NCBI GenBank assembly: GCA_001642005.1
Contig: LWCA01000038.1
Coordinates: forward strand, 5,112-69,111
Reading direction: 5' to 3'
Length of the DNA stretch: 64,000 bases
DNA from: Intoshia linei
Lineage: Eukaryota > Animalia > Orthonectida
The position numbers and the translations under genes are program-made. This document shows, piece after piece, positions 59,643 through 64,000 of the stretch. The notes beneath the pieces are model-generated. The model ran no database searches and was not told the origin of the DNA. It saw only the letters and a list, made by a program, of their open reading frames with translations. Every line of letters starts with the position of its first letter. Within the stretch, counting starts at the first letter, position 1.

Positions 59643-61794
59643 CTAGTAATTTACAGAATTGTGCATCGATTCATGATGCGTTCGGTATTGATGTGTATTC
59701 TGAGATTGGTGCTGCACTGAGCCATTCATATAGTTTCGATTTTGCGGTATATGTGAATTTCTATATGCACGTCTATCTTCTCTATCACCGTCCCCACCCG
59801 AATTGTTTTGATAATTGTTTCTGTAAGTGCTTTCACTTCTGCGATTATCGTTTCTATAGTTATTTCGATCGTACCTAGGTTTGAAATTGGGTGATTCGTT
59901 GTCTTGAAAGTTAACACTTCGATTCATATTATTTTGACAAAGTAAATCTCGGATATTTGATATCGCACTTTGAACAGAAAAAAAGGAACCATAAATTTGT
60001 ACAACAGTATCGTCACCTTTAGTTTCTTCTTCTTCGGTTTCCTCAGAAGCTTTTTCTGGTAATTTAATCGTACCCTTAGAAAGTTTTTTAATCTTCTGAA
60101 TGGTTTTACCACCTTTTCCAATTATTACACCCACAGATTCTTTTGGTATTTTAATTGCACAGAATAATTTTACAGCAGATACGTTGAGATCGAATTTAAC
60201 TCTTTCAAATATCAAACGTGTAGCTTTATATTGGGAATCACTACAACCTTCAACGGTGACAATTCTAAATTTTTTTTCTTCTTCACTGTCTTTTGGTTGA
60301 ACTTTTATTTTTGCGTTGGAGTCGTTCATCATTTTGTTGATGTGGACACCCTGCCTGCCTATAATACCGCCTATTGAAGAATTTGGTACATTTATTTGAA
60401 TTGAATCATTTCCGTGCATAGTATGAGGCATCATTGGGTAGTACCCCATGTTTCCTCTAAAATTCATGTTTTGTCCTTGGTTACCGTAGTACCCTACTCG
60501 ATTATTTATTGGAAAGGATGGTAGGTTGCTGTTTGGTACAAATATTCCGCTAGACTAAAATAAAATATTAATACAGACAAGCCTCATTTCACCAAAATAG
60601 GGTGCGTTAAACTCTGTAAATGTAACATAACTAGGGGTTTTCAATTATACAAATAGATAATGTAAGGATACAATCGTTAAAAAAATCTAAAATGAATACA
60701 TCAAGATTTTGCTCGTAATCAATATTATATTGGCATAAAAATAAGAGAAATTGTGTAATTCATAATACGCCTATTCATAAAACTGAATAACTGTATCCAT
60801 AAGAATATTAAATAATTGGTTATCAAATGTATATAACAGTTTTTTTATTTATTGGATGTTATATTTAAATCTCTAAAATATAATCGTATTGTTTTAGTTA
60901 CAATTTAAATATGTATGAATACAAAAAATATTGAATATTTGATTAAATAAATAATCTTAAATCAAAGATGTTCTCAAACTCAAACTACCCATTCCAGTAA
61001 TTTTAAATTTCAATTTTATAAAAAATATATATTTTTTTATCAGTTTCTTAAAGTTTAAATTTAATTTAATAAAATTTTTTATAATTTATTAACCGATAAG
61101 ACAATTATGAGTTAGGTTTTTTATATTGCAGAAAAATCTAGTTGGATATTGCTTCGAAAGTAATTAAAATTGTAATTATACTATTCCATAAAAAAAATTA
61201 TTTATAATTGGATTCTATTAAAAATTTGAAATTTATATAATATAGTCATTTTATCATTATAATGTATACAATACTATATCAGATAACGAGACTTACGAGA
61301 AATTACAAATGAAAAGAAAAATACTGGGTTAAAATTACAAACATCAATTTTTTGAATAAATCTTAAATTATAATTATTGTATTGGAATTTCATTTAATTA
61401 AAGTTACTCATATAATTTTGAAACATTTGTCTAGGGCGTGGTAAATTGTTTACAATACTAATCAATTAATGTTTTTCAAAGTGTATGAGGTGATTATTTT
61501 TGAGTTTAAACATTGATGAAAATTGCTATTTTTAAAAATACTCTAAAAAATAGTGTATTATTAGTGTTAACTAAAAAAGACTTAAAAGGATCAAACAAAC
61601 AGTTTTTAACATAAAAAAGGTCAAATAAACATACCATTAATAGGTCGTAATCATTTTCGTAGCAATGTTTCAGTTTTTCAAAAACCATTACGGCTGCTTT
61701 TAGAATATTTGTAACGGTTCCGACTAAAGTAACCACACGGTCTGAATACAAATATCCACTGTCTGATACAGTACGAAAATCAAAATAAACGTTT
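59643..61794 (-). CDS. IGF2BP: IGF2BP/Imp (VICKZ) KH-domain RNA-binding protein, 3' exons only
   Basis: Exons 61635-61794 (DRVVTLVG..KLKHCYENDY, cf. the KH2 end ERTITVKG..AYEND) and 59643-60554 with KH3/KH4 (GGIIGRQG, SQYKATRLIF, GVIIGKGGKT, IYGSFFSVQSAISNIRDLL). The upstream exons are presumably beyond the window. Confidence 0.85.
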
Positions 61795-62869
61795 CTAAAA
61801 AAAATAAAATTAATAATTTTTCTATCAAAGTATAATTTAATTTAAAGATTTACATTAATCCACATTACAAAACCGTTAATCATTAAATAAATCAGATGCG
61901 CAAGTTTGAGTTCAGTAAATGAGATACATGCATCACAAAGTTAAATAGGTAACGAAAAATTCATGAATAAAAAGTATCGATTAATAACAATTGAAAACTG
62001 AACAAACTATTCACACTGTGGATATATCCTCGTTTACATTTTATTTTATCGATGTTTAAAGTTTTTATAATTTTCTAAAAACTTTAACTAAAATAAAAAT
62101 GAATGAGATAGAATTGAATTTAAACATGCAAATTGAACAACCAAACATTACGATCAACACAAGACCACTCAAAACATAGCTAAATACATCATCATAACAT
62201 TCCAGTAACTTTTGGACGTCAAACATTTTAGTTTATGTAGAACATTTTTGTATAAAATTTTTTAAAGGCAAGCGTCTCCGCTAAAAATTCTTTTCAGTGT
62301 AGAATTAAAATTAAAAAACCCAATTTCTAATAGTTTTTCGCAAGATATGTTGATATCTAAGTTTCATTTTACAAATTTGAATCCTTCAGAGTCAAAAATC
62401 CAAGTTGAATTTTTTTTAAAAATAAAACAACCAAAAATTTTAATAAAACATGAATTCTGGGAGACGTTTTAAAATTATTAATATTTTCGTAAATCTCAGT
62501 ATCAGAAACCCACATCTACATGAATAAAAATACCATTTTCCATTTTTTTTAAAAATAAAATTAACCCCAAAATTTAATAAAACAAAATCTAGGATAGTTT
62601 TTAAAATCATAAGAATTATCATAATTGGCAACCTAAAAAAAGTGTACTTTCACAATCAAAACCCTATATTACTTTTTTTTAATAAAATAGTACGATGCAG
62701 ATGAAGGTGACTTCATTTTTCAAATTATACACTCATTATCTATAATAAATTAAAAAATGGGATAGTTGAAATAATAGTTACTATGTAAATAATTCATATA
62801 TTAAATAGTTTTTAAATTGATTAATAATATATTATCTTGTTTTGTTATTTCTCATTCCATTTTACGCAA

Positions 62870-64000
62870 ATTCAACTGGTTAACAGCCGAAATGGACTCA
62901 AAATTTCTCAACCAAACATCATTTAGAAGTCTTGGAAAATATACTTTTAAATGTAACATTGAAACGTGGATTGAGCAATTTTTTAGTGAAATGGTGGAGA
63001 AAAACGTTTACTGGTTTTTTTCCTACAATGAGAGGACTAAGAAACTATATGATGCTAAATCAAAATCTTTAATTGCCAAAATAAATTCTGCATCAAAGGA
63101 TGATGTGTGGTAAGGTGGAACGAAAAGTGAAATTAGTGACATTATGAAGTGGATATTTTTGAAGAATGAATTACTTCCATCTTATAATATGATTAAACAG
63201 ATGCTTGATTTACAGGTACTGGATTACACCTCAGAGAAAAATGTTGGAAATTAAAAAGAGAAAATAAATCAAAACCCAACGTTGATCAAGTAAATCGTGT
63301 CATAGAAGATCATGAAAAACTTTGCTTTTCAGACAACTACTGATAAATCCTCCACTAAAGGTTGGATAATTGATTCTGGTGCCTCTTCCCATTTTTGTAG
63401 ACACAACAGAGATCTCAATAGTGTAGAAACTTCATGTGGTTCTGTAGGAACGGCTGGTAATGAATGTTTAGAAATTGTACAGACTGGTGAGCACAATGTA
63501 TTTGGAATAGTAAAGGTAATTCCAAATATAAATAATAATTTGCTTTCAGTAGGACAACTAACATCAAACGATCGTAATGTTCAAGTCGTGTTTTCTAAAG
63601 ATAATTGTGAGATTCATTGTAAATGGAAACTTCTAGCTGAAGCAAAGAAGAATTCAAATAATTTATACAGAACCTTAATCACTAAAACTATCGATTCAGA
63701 TGATATATGCGATACTGAAAGCGATAAATATTGTTCAAAATATGTATCCTCTAAACTGAAAGAATGGCATGACAGACTTGGACACTTATCTGTGAGTGGA
63801 CTTTGTCATTTAGCTAAATTCGGTAGGATTAATTTCTCAGCTGTTGATTTAAAATCGAAACTTGATTGCTCTATTTATAAATGCGCAAAGGCAACCAAAA
63901 GATCATTCAAAAGAAGAAAAAGGTTTGAAAATCGTACTTCAACAAACCGCATGGGAGAAATTATATTCTCGGATACATGTGGACCTTTTTCGATTCCAGA
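62870..64000 (+). mobile_element. Degenerate Ty1/Copia LTR retrotransposon (gag remnant, protease, integrase N-terminus), runs off the window
   Basis: Frame open from ~63312 to the end: WIIDSGASSHFC (protease), NNLLSVGQL, WHDRLGHLS (GAG-pre-integrase), IIFSDTCGPF (integrase start). The PR-INT order is the Copia arrangement. The gag region is interrupted by stops. Confidence 0.9.

Overview
This is AT-rich eukaryotic (animal) nuclear DNA, not prokaryotic. Genes are split by GT-AG introns of two size classes: tiny ones (about 35-57 nt) and 0.5-3 kb ones filled with transposon debris. Left to right: LRPPRC-like PPR gene (+, 5'-truncated); UQCRB/QCR7 (-, missed by the ORF track, stop codon 18 nt from the LRPPRC stop); an orphan 4-TM gene (+); NNT (-) head-to-head with mitochondrial NADP-IDH2 (+) across 199 bp; a degenerate multipass membrane gene (-); a CatSper3-like single-domain channel (+) with a TAEGW filter and five S4 arginines; two more orphan genes; about 13 kb of repeat-dominated DNA; MCM4 (+) convergent with an ecdysone-receptor-type NR1H gene (-); the 3' exons of an IGF2BP/Imp KH gene (-); and a degenerate Ty1/Copia element. 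Repeats include a non-autonomous Helitron family, hAT/Buster MITEs with 8-bp TSDs, pogo/Tigger and piggyBac MITEs, and a foldback family with ~29-bp tandem units. The EcR DBD ([21 protein letters not shown]) resembles what I recall of lophotrochozoan EcRs. Together with the miniature introns and divergent proteins, this suggests a reduced spiralian such as the orthonectid Intoshia; that is an unverified inference. The best leads are the NNT-IDH2 bidirectional NADPH module inside a mitochondrial gene cluster, the atypical CatSper3-like channel, and candidate autoregulatory features of the EcR gene (IR1 palindrome, poison exon). All gene models and family calls were made by eye, with no database search.
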